DNA from: an uncultured Deinococcaceae bacterium
Lineage (GTDB): Bacteria; Deinococcota; Deinococci; Deinococcales; Deinococcaceae
DNA length: 64,000 nucleotides
Assembly: GCA_964252075.1 (NCBI GenBank)
Contig: CAXULY010000014.1
Span: 32,001 to 96,000 of the forward strand
Direction: 5' to 3'
In this document: piece by piece, positions 1 to 10,073 of the stretch
Position numbering within the stretch: position 1 is the stretch's first letter
Layout of the letters: each line of letters starts with the position of its first letter
Position numbers and translations under genes: made by a program
Notes under the pieces: model-generated
Databases searched by the model: none
What the model saw: the letters and a program-made list of their open reading frames with translations, nothing else
What the model was told of the DNA's origin: nothing

Positions 1-695
1 CGGCGTCAGCCGTTCTCGCGATGCTGCAGGGCATGGGCGTTCCGGACGCGGCGCGGCTCGCGCCGCGCCTGACGCGCTTCACGGGCGGCAACCCGCAATT
101 CATTCAGGTGACGGTGCAGCACCTGCTGGAGCAGGGGGCCCTCGTGGACCCTCCGGAACGGCTGCCACTCCCGCCCGCCGTTCATGAGGTGTTGTCGCGC
201 CGCCTGGGTCGTCTGTCGCGCGGGGCCCTGCAGGCCGCGCGGGCGGCGGCCGTGCTGCAAAGTGACTTCACGCCGGAACTCGTCGCGGAGATGCTGGGCG
301 CGCCGCTGTTCGATACGCTGGGCGCGTGGGAGGAACTTGAGGACGCGCAGATCCTCACGGGTGACCTCTTCACGCACGACCTGATGCTCGAGGCGGTCCG
401 GGCGGGCATCCCCAGTGGCGTGCTCCGGCTGCTGTGCCGCAGTGCCGCCCGCACCCTGGAGCGCAGGGCCGCAGAGCCATCCCGCATTGCGTCGTTCTGG
501 CTGGAGGGGGGTGACTTGAGCGCCGCCGCGACGTGGTTCAGGCGGGCCGGAGAGGATGCCGCGCAGAAGTTTCTGCTGCGCGAAGCGTCGAGCTTCTACG
601 CCCTGGCTGCGGACGCCACTGAGCGACTCGGGGCGCCGGGCGCATTGTCGGGCCCCACTCCGGCCACCCAGCGCGCCCACAACCCTGGGGGTTGA
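1..695 (+). CDS. C-terminal part of a SARP/BTAD-associated STAND-like ATPase transcriptional regulator (5' end outside window)
   Basis: TGGNP motif and the AARAAAVL..DF and WEELEDAQ..F.HDL blocks align directly with the paralog at 21067-24061. Confidence 0.8.
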   Translation, partial: ASAVLAMLQGMGVPDAARLAPRLTRFTGGNPQFIQVTVQHLLEQGALVDPPERLPLPPAVHEVLSRRLGRLSRGALQAARAAAVLQSDFTPELVAEMLGAPLFDTLGAWEELEDAQILTGDLFTHDLMLEAVRAGIPSGVLRLLCRSAARTLERRAAEPSRIASFWLEGGDLSAAATWFRRAGEDAAQKFLLREASSFYALAADATERLGAPGALSGPTPATQRAHNPGG

Positions 696-752
696 GCCGG
701 GCACGCGCCCACACGCCTATCCCAGCAGTGGGAGGGGCGCCGCCGTTGGTGC

Positions 753-1535
753 TCAGCTTTCGGGCGTAAGGTCCAGGTTCGAACGCAACTCCTCGCCGCA
801 GGTCAGGAAGCCGCCGTCGAACGTCACGATGTTCGTGCCGCGGTGCGGGCTGTCGTTGTCGACCCGCACGCGCACCGCCGTGACGGCGCCCGCCGCGTCC
901 GTCAGTTCGGCGGTCACGGCGTACTTCCCGAGGGAAATGTCCTGCACCGTGAAGCCCGCCATGCCCCCCCCGCCAATGTCGACGCTGCCCTGCAGGGCAA
1001 TCGTGCGCCCTGTGCTGCCGTCCATCAGTGGCCCCTGCGGCACCAGCGTCACGGTGCCCTGATACGTGCCGGGCGTGAAGCCCCGCAGCTCCACATCAAG
1101 TTTCCCGCCGTACGGACTGCCGTCCGGATGGGCGTTCGCGCCCTGGATGGCGAGGCTGAGGTTGCGCACCGCTCCGTCTGCCGCCCAGAAGCCCTCCGTG
1201 TCATCCGGCTTGAGCTGCAGGCAGTACGTTTTGCCGTCGAATTGGGCGTTGTACGTGCCGAGCACGCGCCACGACCCGTCCGGAACCTTGACGGTGTACT
1301 GGCCGTTCGCGCCCACCCGCGTTTTCACGCTGGTCATGTAGACCGAGTTGTGCACCTCGACTTCCGCGCCAGTCAGGGGGCGGCCAGCCGCGTCCACAAC
1401 CCGCCCGGTCGCGGTGTACGGTGACGCGCTTTGGCCGCCCGAACCTCCGGGTTGCGCCGCCCAGGTGCTGCCGGCGCAGGCGCTGAGCAGGGCCGCGAAG
1501 GTGAAAAGGATGCCGGTCATTCTGTGTGGGGTCAT
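753..1535 (-). CDS. Lipoprotein with carboxypeptidase-regulatory-like (transthyretin-like) N-terminal domain
   Basis: Lipobox LSAC; TGRVVDAAGRPLTGAEV...GANGQY pattern; AGGAG RBS before ATG 1535; paralog of 24204-24962. Confidence 0.75.
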   Translation of the reverse strand: MTPHRMTGILFTFAALLSACAGSTWAAQPGGSGGQSASPYTATGRVVDAAGRPLTGAEVEVHNSVYMTSVKTRVGANGQYTVKVPDGSWRVLGTYNAQFDGKTYCLQLKPDDTEGFWAADGAVRNLSLAIQGANAHPDGSPYGGKLDVELRGFTPGTYQGTVTLVPQGPLMDGSTGRTIALQGSVDIGGGGMAGFTVQDISLGKYAVTAELTDAAGAVTAVRVRVDNDSPHRGTNIVTFDGGFLTCGEELRSNLDLTPES

Positions 1536-1594
1536 GGTGAGGCTCCTGTGCATGAGGACCAAGGGGTTGGGGGGCTGTACGTTCAGGCGCACGG

Positions 1595-2725
1595 TCAGTC
1601 GCGCAGCAGGCGCTGAAGCAGGCCCGCGGCGTCCCCCGCCTCGATTTCGTCGGGGGACAGGCCCAGGTACACGGCGGTCGAGCGGCCGCTGCCGCCCAGG
1701 CCCTTCTTGCGGACGGCCACGGCACCGCGCTCGTCCGCGTTCACGCTGACGGTGAGCAGCGCTTGCCCGTTCGGGTCATTGAGCCGCTTGAACGCCACGA
1801 CGCTGGCGGGGTTCGAGAGCCGCAGCGCGCCCATGCCCTGCGTTGCGCTCCCATGCACGGGCAGCGCCTCGGGCGCGTCCCGGCGGTACTGGAAAGTGTA
1901 GCCCGCCACGCCCAGCTGATCCCGCAGGAACGCCTTCTGAAGCGCGTTCCGGTCGGTGTTCTGGTCCGTCCCCTGATAGACGTTGCCGGTCCCGTCCAGG
2001 TGCTGCACGAACGCGGCGGACTGCAGCACGAGCCGGTGGTCAGGCGCCGACAGGTAGCGGGTCATGGCGCTCAGGTCATCCGGGGTGGGCGGCTGATCCC
2101 ACTGATTCCCGGTGTACCACAGCACCCCCGTGTACCTCGCGAGCGCCTCGGCGCCCGGCCCGTTGATGGCGGGCACATCCGTGGCGATGCTGCCCGACCG
2201 AACGACAAAGACGTCGAACGCCCGGCCCGCGAGGACCGCCCGCATGGTGAGGTCCAGCGGGGAGAGCGGCGCGTCGGTGCGCTGCGGCGCCGCGTTGTTG
2301 GCGCTGCGGTCAGCGTCGACCAGCAGCCATTTCTCCACCTTGACCTGCACGCCGATGGTTTTCGTGATGGTGCCGTTCGTGCCGCGCACCGTCAGCGGGT
2401 ACGTGCCCGCCGGGACATTCGCGCCGACCGTGAGGGTCAGGGCGCTGATTCCCCCCTCCTGACCGCCGAAGGCGCCCCGGATGCGGTCCGCTCCGGTTCC
2501 GGCGGACGCGCCCTCCAGCGTGAGGCTCACCTGACCGCCAGAACGCGGTAGGCGCGTGATGCGGATGCTGGTGGTGCCGCTGTGCGACGGTCCGACGCTC
2601 AACTCAGCCGGCTGGGCCGCCAGTGTGAACTCCGGATCGCCGCCCGCGCCGCCGGATGGGGTCCCGCCGCAACTGGCGAGCGCCGCCGTGAGCAGCAACA
2701 GGCCGATGGTGTTTCGTGTGTTCAT
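1595..2725 (-). CDS. Lipoprotein with Ig-like domain plus alpha/beta C-terminal domain, function unknown
   Basis: MNTRNTIGLLLLTAALASCGG lipobox; AAGGAGG RBS; VPAGTYPLTVRGT Ig-like motif; C-terminal LLVDAD...VLWYTG region. Confidence 0.75.
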   Translation of the reverse strand: MNTRNTIGLLLLTAALASCGGTPSGGAGGDPEFTLAAQPAELSVGPSHSGTTSIRITRLPRSGGQVSLTLEGASAGTGADRIRGAFGGQEGGISALTLTVGANVPAGTYPLTVRGTNGTITKTIGVQVKVEKWLLVDADRSANNAAPQRTDAPLSPLDLTMRAVLAGRAFDVFVVRSGSIATDVPAINGPGAEALARYTGVLWYTGNQWDQPPTPDDLSAMTRYLSAPDHRLVLQSAAFVQHLDGTGNVYQGTDQNTDRNALQKAFLRDQLGVAGYTFQYRRDAPEALPVHGSATQGMGALRLSNPASVVAFKRLNDPNGQALLTVSVNADERGAVAVRKKGLGGSGRSTAVYLGLSPDEIEAGDAAGLLQRLLRD

Positions 2726-2748
2726 GCGTACCCTCCTTGGGTACGGGC

Positions 2749-2781
2749 AACGTAGCCATGGCCAGGTGACGGACCCATGAC
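2749..2781 (-). promoter_or_regulatory. Candidate SARP-type promoter GTCAT-N6-GTCAC-N11-TACGTT driving the lipoprotein operon
   Basis: Direct repeats at 11-bp period, 11 nt upstream of a -10 hexamer; same geometry at 2979-3011 and 24124-24156. Confidence 0.55.
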
Positions 2782-2978
2782 CGGCGGGCCGGGCGTACCA
2801 GCCGACGGTGGCGCCACTCGCGCACTGGCGGGCGGTGACCCGCATGTGGTGCGGCGAAAGTGACGCCGTCATGCTTCCCGTGGAACGCTCTGATGGAAGG
2901 AGAGGGTCAAGCCCCCCACCGCGCCGGGTGCCAGGCGCGTCGCCCGGCGCCGGTTCACCCACGCAGCATTCACGGCTT

Positions 2979-3011
2979 GTCACCCGTCCGTCACCTCGTG
3001 CCTGGCAGCGT
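2979..3011 (+). promoter_or_regulatory. Candidate SARP-type promoter GTCAC-N6-GTCAC-N11-CAGCGT
   Basis: Same repeat spacing as 2749-2781 and shares the GTCCGTCAC core; lies upstream of the gene at 3084. Confidence 0.5.
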
Positions 3012-3083
3012 GCAGAGGAGATGGGCGGAACGCGCTGTAGCACCGCGCTGGTATCCGCCCGTCCGCTGACCTGGAGGAACATC

Positions 3084-3665
3084 ATGAACAGAACCCTGCG
3101 CCTGCTTGGAATCATCACCCTGATCTGCGCGCCCGCCCTGCACCTGGAGGCCGCCAGGCACGGCTTTCAGCGCGTCGCCAACGAGAACACCGATGTTGTC
3201 GGCGCGATACTCTACGGTCTCTTCTCGGTCGGTTGGCTGGCGGGGATGGTCGGCTTGCGTCAGCTCTCCGCCACCGGGCGGGGCGTGGTGGGGCGCGCCG
3301 TGGTGACGCTGCCCATCGCGACCATTGGCCTCGCCCTCGGGCAGACGCTGATGGACCTGCTGCACGTGCCGACCGGCAACCCGCTGTACGCCATCACAGA
3401 CCTCGCGTGGCCCCTGAGCATGGTGCTCACCTTCGTGGTGGGTGTTGCCGCCCTGCTGGCGCGCACGCTGCCGCTGTGGGGAAGACTGGTGCTGGCGTTC
3501 TGCGGTCTCTCACTGCCCGTCACCATCGTGCTGGGGGTGTTGCATGTGGAGTTGCCCGGTGACCTGTTCGGCTGGCACACCACGCTGGGCTGGGCCCTGT
3601 GGGGGCTCCTGCTCATCGCGTCATCCGCCCGTGACCGCGCTGCTCAGCCCGTGCTGGCGGGTTGA
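3084..3665 (+). CDS. Polytopic membrane protein (about 6 TM), unknown function
   Basis: GGAGG RBS, ATG 3084, several hydrophobic segments. Confidence 0.75.
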   Translation: MNRTLRLLGIITLICAPALHLEAARHGFQRVANENTDVVGAILYGLFSVGWLAGMVGLRQLSATGRGVVGRAVVTLPIATIGLALGQTLMDLLHVPTGNPLYAITDLAWPLSMVLTFVVGVAALLARTLPLWGRLVLAFCGLSLPVTIVLGVLHVELPGDLFGWHTTLGWALWGLLLIASSARDRAAQPVLAG

Positions 3666-3821
3666 GGTCGCCACAACCCTGGTTCTGGCGCGGCCACACG
3701 GTGGCCGCGCCCTTCGGTTTGCGGTCTCAGGTGGCCGCGCGCGGCTTTCCGTACCTGAACGTGGTGCTCACCCGTGGCGGGTCCTGCATGAGCACGGCCC
3801 CCAGACCGCCCGCAGCGTCCA

Positions 3822-4028
3822 TCACCCTGGTTCACGGCGCGCGTCCTCGCGCCGGTGCTGCCCGAGCAGCGCCCGGTGCTGTTCCAGCAGCGTATCCTGT
3901 TGACGAAGGCCCTGCGCCTGCACGATGAGGTGCATGGAGTGCGTGATGCGTTCGCGTGACGCCTGAAGCACCGCGTCCGTCTCGGTCAGCAGCGCCCTTG
4001 AGCGCGTCAGGAGGTCCGGCGTGTTCAC
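3822..4028 (-). CDS. Small helical/coiled-coil hypothetical protein (68 aa)
   Basis: GTG start; VNTPDLLTRSRALLTETDAVLQASRERI... amphipathic pattern. Confidence 0.4.
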   Translation of the reverse strand: MNTPDLLTRSRALLTETDAVLQASRERITHSMHLIVQAQGLRQQDTLLEQHRALLGQHRREDARREPG

Positions 4029-4850
4029 ATCGTCATGATGTCGGTCATGGTTCTCCTCACGTTCCGATGAGACGGGAAGTTCAGGTGGGTGGTCGCGTCG
4101 CCAGCGCGGCTGAGGGCAGGAACGGCGACCACGGTCACCCCACGAGGTCTCAAGAGGAGGCGCGTGAGCGGTCATGGTGTTGGTTGCGTGTCTCCTGATG
4201 GTCGGGCGCCAACGTGAGGGCGGGCCGCCATCCACCTTCAGGCCGCCCGCGCGCTTGAGCGGAAACGCCATGGGGCGCCGCACCGGAGGGCGCCCCGCAG
4301 TGCTTCCGCAACAGAAAAGGGACGGACGGGACTTCCGCCACGGGCGTCGTTGCTCCTCCACCACCTCACGCATGCACGAAGTGCCGCGCGGCCACGCCAG
4401 TCGAAGGGGGAATGGCCGCTCAATGATGCGCCCGGGCGGGTTTGTGTGCCATAAGGCGGGCGCTGAGCGACGCCCTGCGCGCGGGTCATGATGCGGCGGG
4501 GTTCCCCTCGCGCGGGTCAGTGGGGCGCACGGGGCTGAACTCCCACCTGCACGTTCTGACCACCGGGGCCGCTTGAGCGCAGGCGAAGCAGGGCGTTTCC
4601 CTGGACGGCACGCCACCTGGAGATTGGCGCCCCTGCAGGATTGTCCGGGCGCGCCACTTCAAGCCGTCACTCGGCCACGTACGCGGACGGCCTGGCCTAC
4701 GCCTGTTGCCGACGCTCCCCTCCGCACGCCCAGCAGCGCGACCTTGAGGTGATTCCACCGGCGGTGGCGGACGCGCCCGAACGGTTCGGCCCAGGGCGGG
4801 GGCGCTCTGGTGGGCCCCAATTCCCCGTCACCCCACGAGCCGTTCCGACC

Positions 4851-5639
4851 TTAGCGCCAGCCGGGATTGGTGAAGCCGCCATCCACGAATAGGCTCTGCC
4901 CGGTAATGAAGCGCGCCTCATCGCTGCACAGCCACGCCACAAGGTCGGCCACATCCTCGGGCTCCCCGAGTCGCTTCAGGGCGGCGTGGGCGTCGAAGGG
5001 CAGGAGCGCCGCCTCGCCGCCGCCCAGCGCCATGGGGGTTTGAATGACGCCGGGGTTCACGTTGTTGATGCGGATGCCGCCAGGACCCACTTCCAGCGCC
5101 ACCGCCCGGATCATCGCGTCAAGGGCGCCCTTGCTGGCCGAGTACACCGACGTGCCCGCCGTGGCGGCCTGCGACAGGAACGACGAGGTGTTCACGATGC
5201 TGCCGCCCTGACCGTGGCGCTCCATGGCCTGCACCTCGTACTTCACGAGGAGCCACACCCCGCGCAGGTTCGTGGTGACCGTCGCGTCGAAGTCGGCGGA
5301 GGTCAGCTCGGGGATGGGCTGCATGGCGCCCATCACGCCCGCGTTATTGAAGGCAGCATCCAGGCGCCCGAAGTGCGTCAGCGCACCGTCCACGAGCGCC
5401 TGAACGGCGCCTTCGTCGGTGACGTCGGTCGGCAGGGCGAGTGCCTGCCCGCCGCGTGTGGTGATTTCGTCTGCAACCTGCCGGAGCTGTGCCTCACGCC
5501 GTCCAGCGAGCACCACGGCCGCGCCCCGGCGGGCGAGCGTCCGTGCTGTGGCGCGGCCGATGCCGGTGTCGGCGCCCGTCACGAGGACGACCTTGCCGGC
5601 AAGTGCGGCTGTCGTGAGTGCAGGGATGTGCTGTGTCAT
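4851..5639 (-). CDS. Short-chain dehydrogenase/reductase (SDR)
   Basis: TGADTGIG, NNAG, YSASK, NPG and VDGG motifs. Confidence 0.95.
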   Translation of the reverse strand: MTQHIPALTTAALAGKVVLVTGADTGIGRATARTLARRGAAVVLAGRREAQLRQVADEITTRGGQALALPTDVTDEGAVQALVDGALTHFGRLDAAFNNAGVMGAMQPIPELTSADFDATVTTNLRGVWLLVKYEVQAMERHGQGGSIVNTSSFLSQAATAGTSVYSASKGALDAMIRAVALEVGPGGIRINNVNPGVIQTPMALGGGEAALLPFDAHAALKRLGEPEDVADLVAWLCSDEARFITGQSLFVDGGFTNPGWR

Positions 5640-5817
5640 GCGTCTCCTTCAGACGTGACGGCGGCCGGGGCTGCATTGCAGCCCGCGGTCCTCTGGCCGT
5701 CGCCCGATCCGCGTGTTTGGCGGTGTGTCGAAAGGATTGACGCGCGATCCTTGCACGTCCAAGATTTATTCGTGGCTCGATTGATACTCGGGACCGCTAT
5801 GGTGGTACGTTGAGGGT

Positions 5818-6735
5818 GTGGACCTGCGCCTGCTGCGGTACTTCGTGGTGGCCGAGGAACTGCATTTCGGCCGCGCCGCCGCGCGCCTGAACCTGGCGCA
5901 GCCGCCACTGAGCGCGGCGATTAAGCGGCTGGAAGCCCAGGTGGGCGCGGCGCTCTTCGAGCGCACGTCCCGGCGCGTGGCCCTCACGCCCGCCGGGCAG
6001 GTGTACCTGCCCGAGGTGCGCCTGATCCTGGAGCGCATGGCTGGGGTGGCGGAGGCCGCGCGCCGCGCGGCGCGCGGTGAGATCGGCCAGCTGAAGGTCG
6101 GGTACAAGGCGGGCAGCTTCAACACCGTGCTGCCGCAGGCGGTGCGTCAGTTCCGCGAGCGGTTCCCCGGCGTGGAACTCCAGTTGCGCGAAATGAACGT
6201 CTTCGAGGTCGAACCGGCCCTCACGCGCGGGGACGTGCAGGTGGGCCTGCTGTACCCGGCGCTGACCGACTCCAGCCTGAACGGCGAGACGGTGTTCAGC
6301 GAACCGCTGATGCTGGCCGTGCCGGAAGGACACCTGCTGGTGCGCCTCGCGCGCGTGCCCCTAAGCCTCGCGGCGCACGAGCCGTTCATCCGCTACCAGC
6401 GGGTGGTGCAGCCCGAGTGTTATGACGCCATCACCGCGCTGTGCCGCTCGGCGGGCTTCGCTCCGCGGGTGGTGCAGGAGGTCGCCACCGGGGCCGCCGC
6501 CGTCAGCCTCATCGCGGCGGGCATGGGGGTGGGGCTGGTGCCGTCGAGCCAGCGGCGCGCATCAGAAGGGCAGGTCGAGTACCGCTTCCTGGACGGACCA
6601 ACCGTGGAGGTCGACCTGGCCGCCGCCTGGCCGCGCACGGACCGTTCCCCCATTACGGCGGCGTTCCTGAACTGCCTCAGGCAGGTCGGCCGGGAGTGGA
6701 CGGAGGCGGAGCGCGCTGTGGCGCGGGCATCCTGA
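5818..6735 (+). CDS. LysR-family transcriptional regulator, divergent from the SDR
   Basis: EELHFGRAAARLNLAQPPLS...LFERTSRRVALTPAG; leaderless TACGTT-N6-GTG. Confidence 0.95.
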   Translation: MDLRLLRYFVVAEELHFGRAAARLNLAQPPLSAAIKRLEAQVGAALFERTSRRVALTPAGQVYLPEVRLILERMAGVAEAARRAARGEIGQLKVGYKAGSFNTVLPQAVRQFRERFPGVELQLREMNVFEVEPALTRGDVQVGLLYPALTDSSLNGETVFSEPLMLAVPEGHLLVRLARVPLSLAAHEPFIRYQRVVQPECYDAITALCRSAGFAPRVVQEVATGAAAVSLIAAGMGVGLVPSSQRRASEGQVEYRFLDGPTVEVDLAAAWPRTDRSPITAAFLNCLRQVGREWTEAERAVARAS

Positions 6736-7442
6736 CCGGACCCGAGGGCCAGGTCCGGGATCTGCGGCATTCCCACGGGTTCAGAGCATCTTGCTGCCGA
6801 TCTTCACGTCAGGATCCGGGCGGGGTGAGGAACGGAGCTTCACCGCCGGGCGCACCCAGGATCAGCAACATGGCGACTTGCGGAGAGGACGTTCGGCACG
6901 TCCGGTCGGTTGATGTCAGGCTGGAGATGCGCTGAGCTTGCGGTGACCTGCCCGGTCGGCAGGACCGTTTGCTGTGAGGTGCGGCTCAGTTGCTCCGCGC
7001 GGGGGTACCCCAGCGCACCCGAGCGGACACCCATCAACGTGAAGGTGCCGACGCTGTAAACCGGCGGACAACGAGGCGGCACGTTCGACACGTGGTGTCG
7101 GCGTCGCTGCATTGACTCATACAGCCACCATACGGGGTGCCCACCGCAGCCCTGCGCACGCATCGGTCCGGCATGGGCGCACGGCGGAGGCCGTGAGCGT
7201 AAGCGCCGCACGAAGTCAACCAGCAGGGTGGGGAACCACTAGAACGGGCCAGCATGCATAAAGGAAAAGGGAAGCAATGTGTGGACGTCTGCACGTGCAG
7301 ACGCCCAGAATCGCTGTACGGCAGACTTTGCCTGAGCTCAATGCGCTCTGTGAGGGGCGACGTCCCCATTGTTGGTTCGCACCCGGCACCCCTGAATTCT
7401 GAATCCGGCGCCTCTCGGGGTCACGGTCCTCTGGTCTCTCGC

Positions 7443-8990
7443 TTACACCTCCGGGGCGGTGGCGGCGCGGGTACTCATCTCAAGCCAGTCCAGCTCCTCC
7501 TGCACCAGGTGGTACGCGTCATCGCCGATTTTCCCGCTGAGGCGCAACGCCTGCACCGCCTGTCGCGCCGCCCCCACTGTCTGCCGCCGCAGCGCGTTGT
7601 CCGGGGAGTCGTGCGGGTCCTCCCCGCTCCACGCCCGGCTCAGCTCCTCCCGGTACTCCAGTTGCAGGCGCTGCGCCGCGGCGGAATCATCGCCGTCCAG
7701 CGCGCGCATCGCTGCTTTCAGCGCCACCTTCCGCGCCACCCGCACTTCCGTTTCGATGACGGTGTCGCGCGGGAGGCGCAGGAATACCAGCAGCGGCCTT
7801 AACGTCAGTCCCTGCACCACCAGCGTGCCCAGCACCACGACGAAGGCGGTGAGCTGCATGAAGTCCCGGTGTGGGAAGCCGTCCGGGAGGGCCGCCGCGG
7901 CCGCCAGCGTCACGATGCCGCGCATGCCCGCCCACCCGACCACCAGCCCACCCCGCGCGGTGAGCGGCGCCGCGGACGCCGGCGCGTGCGCGGGGCGCGC
8001 GGGCGGCGCCTTGGAGCGGTCGGTGAGGGTGTACGTCATCACCCACACCAGGCGCACCACGATCACCACCGCCAGCATCACGAGGGCCACGCCAAGCAGC
8101 CGGGCGAGTTGCGGTCCGTTCAGCGCCTCCAGGATCGGTCCGAGCTGCAGGCCGATCAGCGTGAACGCCAGGACGTTCAGCACGAAGGTCGCCGCCTCCC
8201 AGGTGGCGAACGTCGAGACGCGCAGGCGCGCCGCAAGGTTCCCGCGCCGCCCGGCCGTCACGCCGAACACCACGAGCGTCACGACGGGCGACAACCCCAG
8301 GCGCTCCGCGGCGATCCACGCCCCGAACGTCAGGACGAACTGCACCACCACGGACGTGGGGGCGTCCTCGATGCGTTCGATCAGCCACCCGGTCGGGAAC
8401 GCCAGCAGCCAACCCACCACCACGCTGCCCACCACCACCAGCGCGAAAGTCGGGAGGGCGCCCGTGACACTGAAGCCCCCCGCCGTCACGGCGCCCACCG
8501 CGAGGGTGTAGATGAGCAGGGCGGACGCGTCATTCAGGAGGCTCTCGCCCTCCAGCACCTTGCGGATGCGGTGCGGGGGGTTCACCTGCCGCAGCACGGC
8601 AAGTGCCGCGACCGCGTCGGGTGGGGCGAGGAGCGCCCCGAGCGCGATCGCCGCCGCCCACGGCAGGTCGGGCAGCAACTGGCGGGCGGCGAACGCGACG
8701 GCGAGGGTGGTGAGGCCGACAGCCACCAGCACCAGGGACAGTACCGGCCGCCAGTTGTCGCGCAGGTCCCGCAGCGATGTGTCGTACGCGGCGTCAAGCA
8801 GCACGGGCGCCACGAACAGGGCGAGGATGAGGTCCGGGGGCAGGTCGAGGCGCGGCGCGCCGGGGAGAAACGCCACGACCGCCCCACCCAGGGCGAGGAG
8901 GGTGGGGTACGGAACGTTGAGGCGCCGCGCGACGAGCGACAGCAGCGTCGCGCCGAGCAGGAGGCCCAGAATGGTTTCAAACAACAGCAT
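7443..8990 (-). CDS. CPA1-family (NhaP/YjcE-like) Na+/H+ antiporter
   Basis: LAPPDAVAA, LEGESLLNDASAL and WAGMRGIVTLAAA motifs; GGAGG RBS before ATG 8990. Confidence 0.93.
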   Translation of the reverse strand: MLLFETILGLLLGATLLSLVARRLNVPYPTLLALGGAVVAFLPGAPRLDLPPDLILALFVAPVLLDAAYDTSLRDLRDNWRPVLSLVLVAVGLTTLAVAFAARQLLPDLPWAAAIALGALLAPPDAVAALAVLRQVNPPHRIRKVLEGESLLNDASALLIYTLAVGAVTAGGFSVTGALPTFALVVVGSVVVGWLLAFPTGWLIERIEDAPTSVVVQFVLTFGAWIAAERLGLSPVVTLVVFGVTAGRRGNLAARLRVSTFATWEAATFVLNVLAFTLIGLQLGPILEALNGPQLARLLGVALVMLAVVIVVRLVWVMTYTLTDRSKAPPARPAHAPASAAPLTARGGLVVGWAGMRGIVTLAAAAALPDGFPHRDFMQLTAFVVVLGTLVVQGLTLRPLLVFLRLPRDTVIETEVRVARKVALKAAMRALDGDDSAAAQRLQLEYREELSRAWSGEDPHDSPDNALRRQTVGAARQAVQALRLSGKIGDDAYHLVQEELDWLEMSTRAATAPEV

Positions 8991-9396
8991 GCGCACCTCC
9001 CTTCGAGGTGTGCTCATCGTGCCATCCCGCAGGCGGCGGCAGGTCAGGGGCCGCTCACCACGCGCGTTGCTGGGCAGCCCCGGGACGGGCCTCGGCCCTC
9101 CGGTGCTCCGCCATCGCCATGGAGATTCTCCTCAGGGTGTTCGCTGCGCTGTGGTGCCTCTCACTCGGTCCTCAGGTTTTTCGCCAGCCACCACAAGAGG
9201 CATTTCAAATGCGATTCACGCGTGCTTTGTACTCCGCTCAGACCGCCCCTTAATTCGCTCCGGTAGAAGCCAGTATGAAGCGTGTCATACAGCATCGCGG
9301 CGCCAGTCGGGAAGTGGCGGCCCAGCCCCGGCCTCAGTTCGGGACCAATGCGTTGTCCTCTGCATCGAGCAAATGCACTGCATCCGCGGCGGGCGT

Positions 9397-9990
9397 TCAG
9401 CGGACGACCTGAATGAGCGGCAGGTACACCTCATCCACGATTTCCGCCAGCGTGGTCTCCGTCACTTCAGCCGCGCCACGCGTGAGGAACTCATGCCGAA
9501 GGAGCGCGATGGCGACCTCAGCCACGCGGGGCCGCAGCGCTTCGGGACGCACCTCGCCGCGCGCGACGCCACGCTCCAGCAGCGGCATGAACAGATCAGC
9601 GCCGCTCGCGGCGGCGCGCGTCTGAACCTGATGGAGCAGGTCGGGGTCGTTCGCGGCGTCTGCGAGGACGCCACGGATGACCGAGCCCAGGGGTGAGGCC
9701 CAGTGCTGGTTGGCGCCCCGCAGGAGGGTCAGCAGGTCGTCCCGGAGATGTCCTGTGTCGGGCAGGGTGAAGCGCTCGGCGGCGAGGTGCTGGTACGCCG
9801 CGAACGCCAGCGCCGTGCGGTTGGGCCAGCGGCGGTACAGGGTGTTCTTGTTGGTGCCTGCCCGACGGGCCACCAGCTCCATGGTGAAGCCGTCGTAGCC
9901 GCGGGCGAGGAGTTCATCCGCCGCCGCTCGAACCACGGCCTGTTCGAGTGCGGCCCCGCGTCGTCGGGTGGAAGGAGGGGGCGTCTTCAC
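9397..9990 (-). CDS. TetR-family regulator
   Basis: RRRGAALEQA...VARRAGTNKNTLYRRWP HTH; PDTGHLRDDL C-terminal block. Confidence 0.93.
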   Translation of the reverse strand: MKTPPPSTRRRGAALEQAVVRAAADELLARGYDGFTMELVARRAGTNKNTLYRRWPNRTALAFAAYQHLAAERFTLPDTGHLRDDLLTLLRGANQHWASPLGSVIRGVLADAANDPDLLHQVQTRAAASGADLFMPLLERGVARGEVRPEALRPRVAEVAIALLRHEFLTRGAAEVTETTLAEIVDEVYLPLIQVVR

Positions 9991-10037
9991 GCTGCTTACC
10001 CCACTGTACGTCGCGGGCGCGGCAGGATATGCTCACC

Positions 10038-10062
10038 GTTAGGGTACGAGTAGTACCCTAAC
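10038..10062. promoter_or_regulatory. TetR operator palindrome GTTAGGGTAC-N5-GTACCCTAAC
   Basis: Perfect 10-bp inverted repeat between the divergent tetR and the gene at 10074. Confidence 0.8.
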
Positions 10063-10073
10063 AGGAGGGGTTT

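Noticed and set aside
6780..7440. Possible decayed lipoprotein gene on the minus strand (WLTSCG)
   Set aside because: No coherent signal peptide or recognisable downstream domain.
9000..9130. GGCGATGG on the minus strand upstream of the Na+/H+ antiporter as a fluoride riboswitch
   Set aside because: The complementary TCGCC of P1 and the downstream pseudoknot element are missing. An Rfam scan would settle it.
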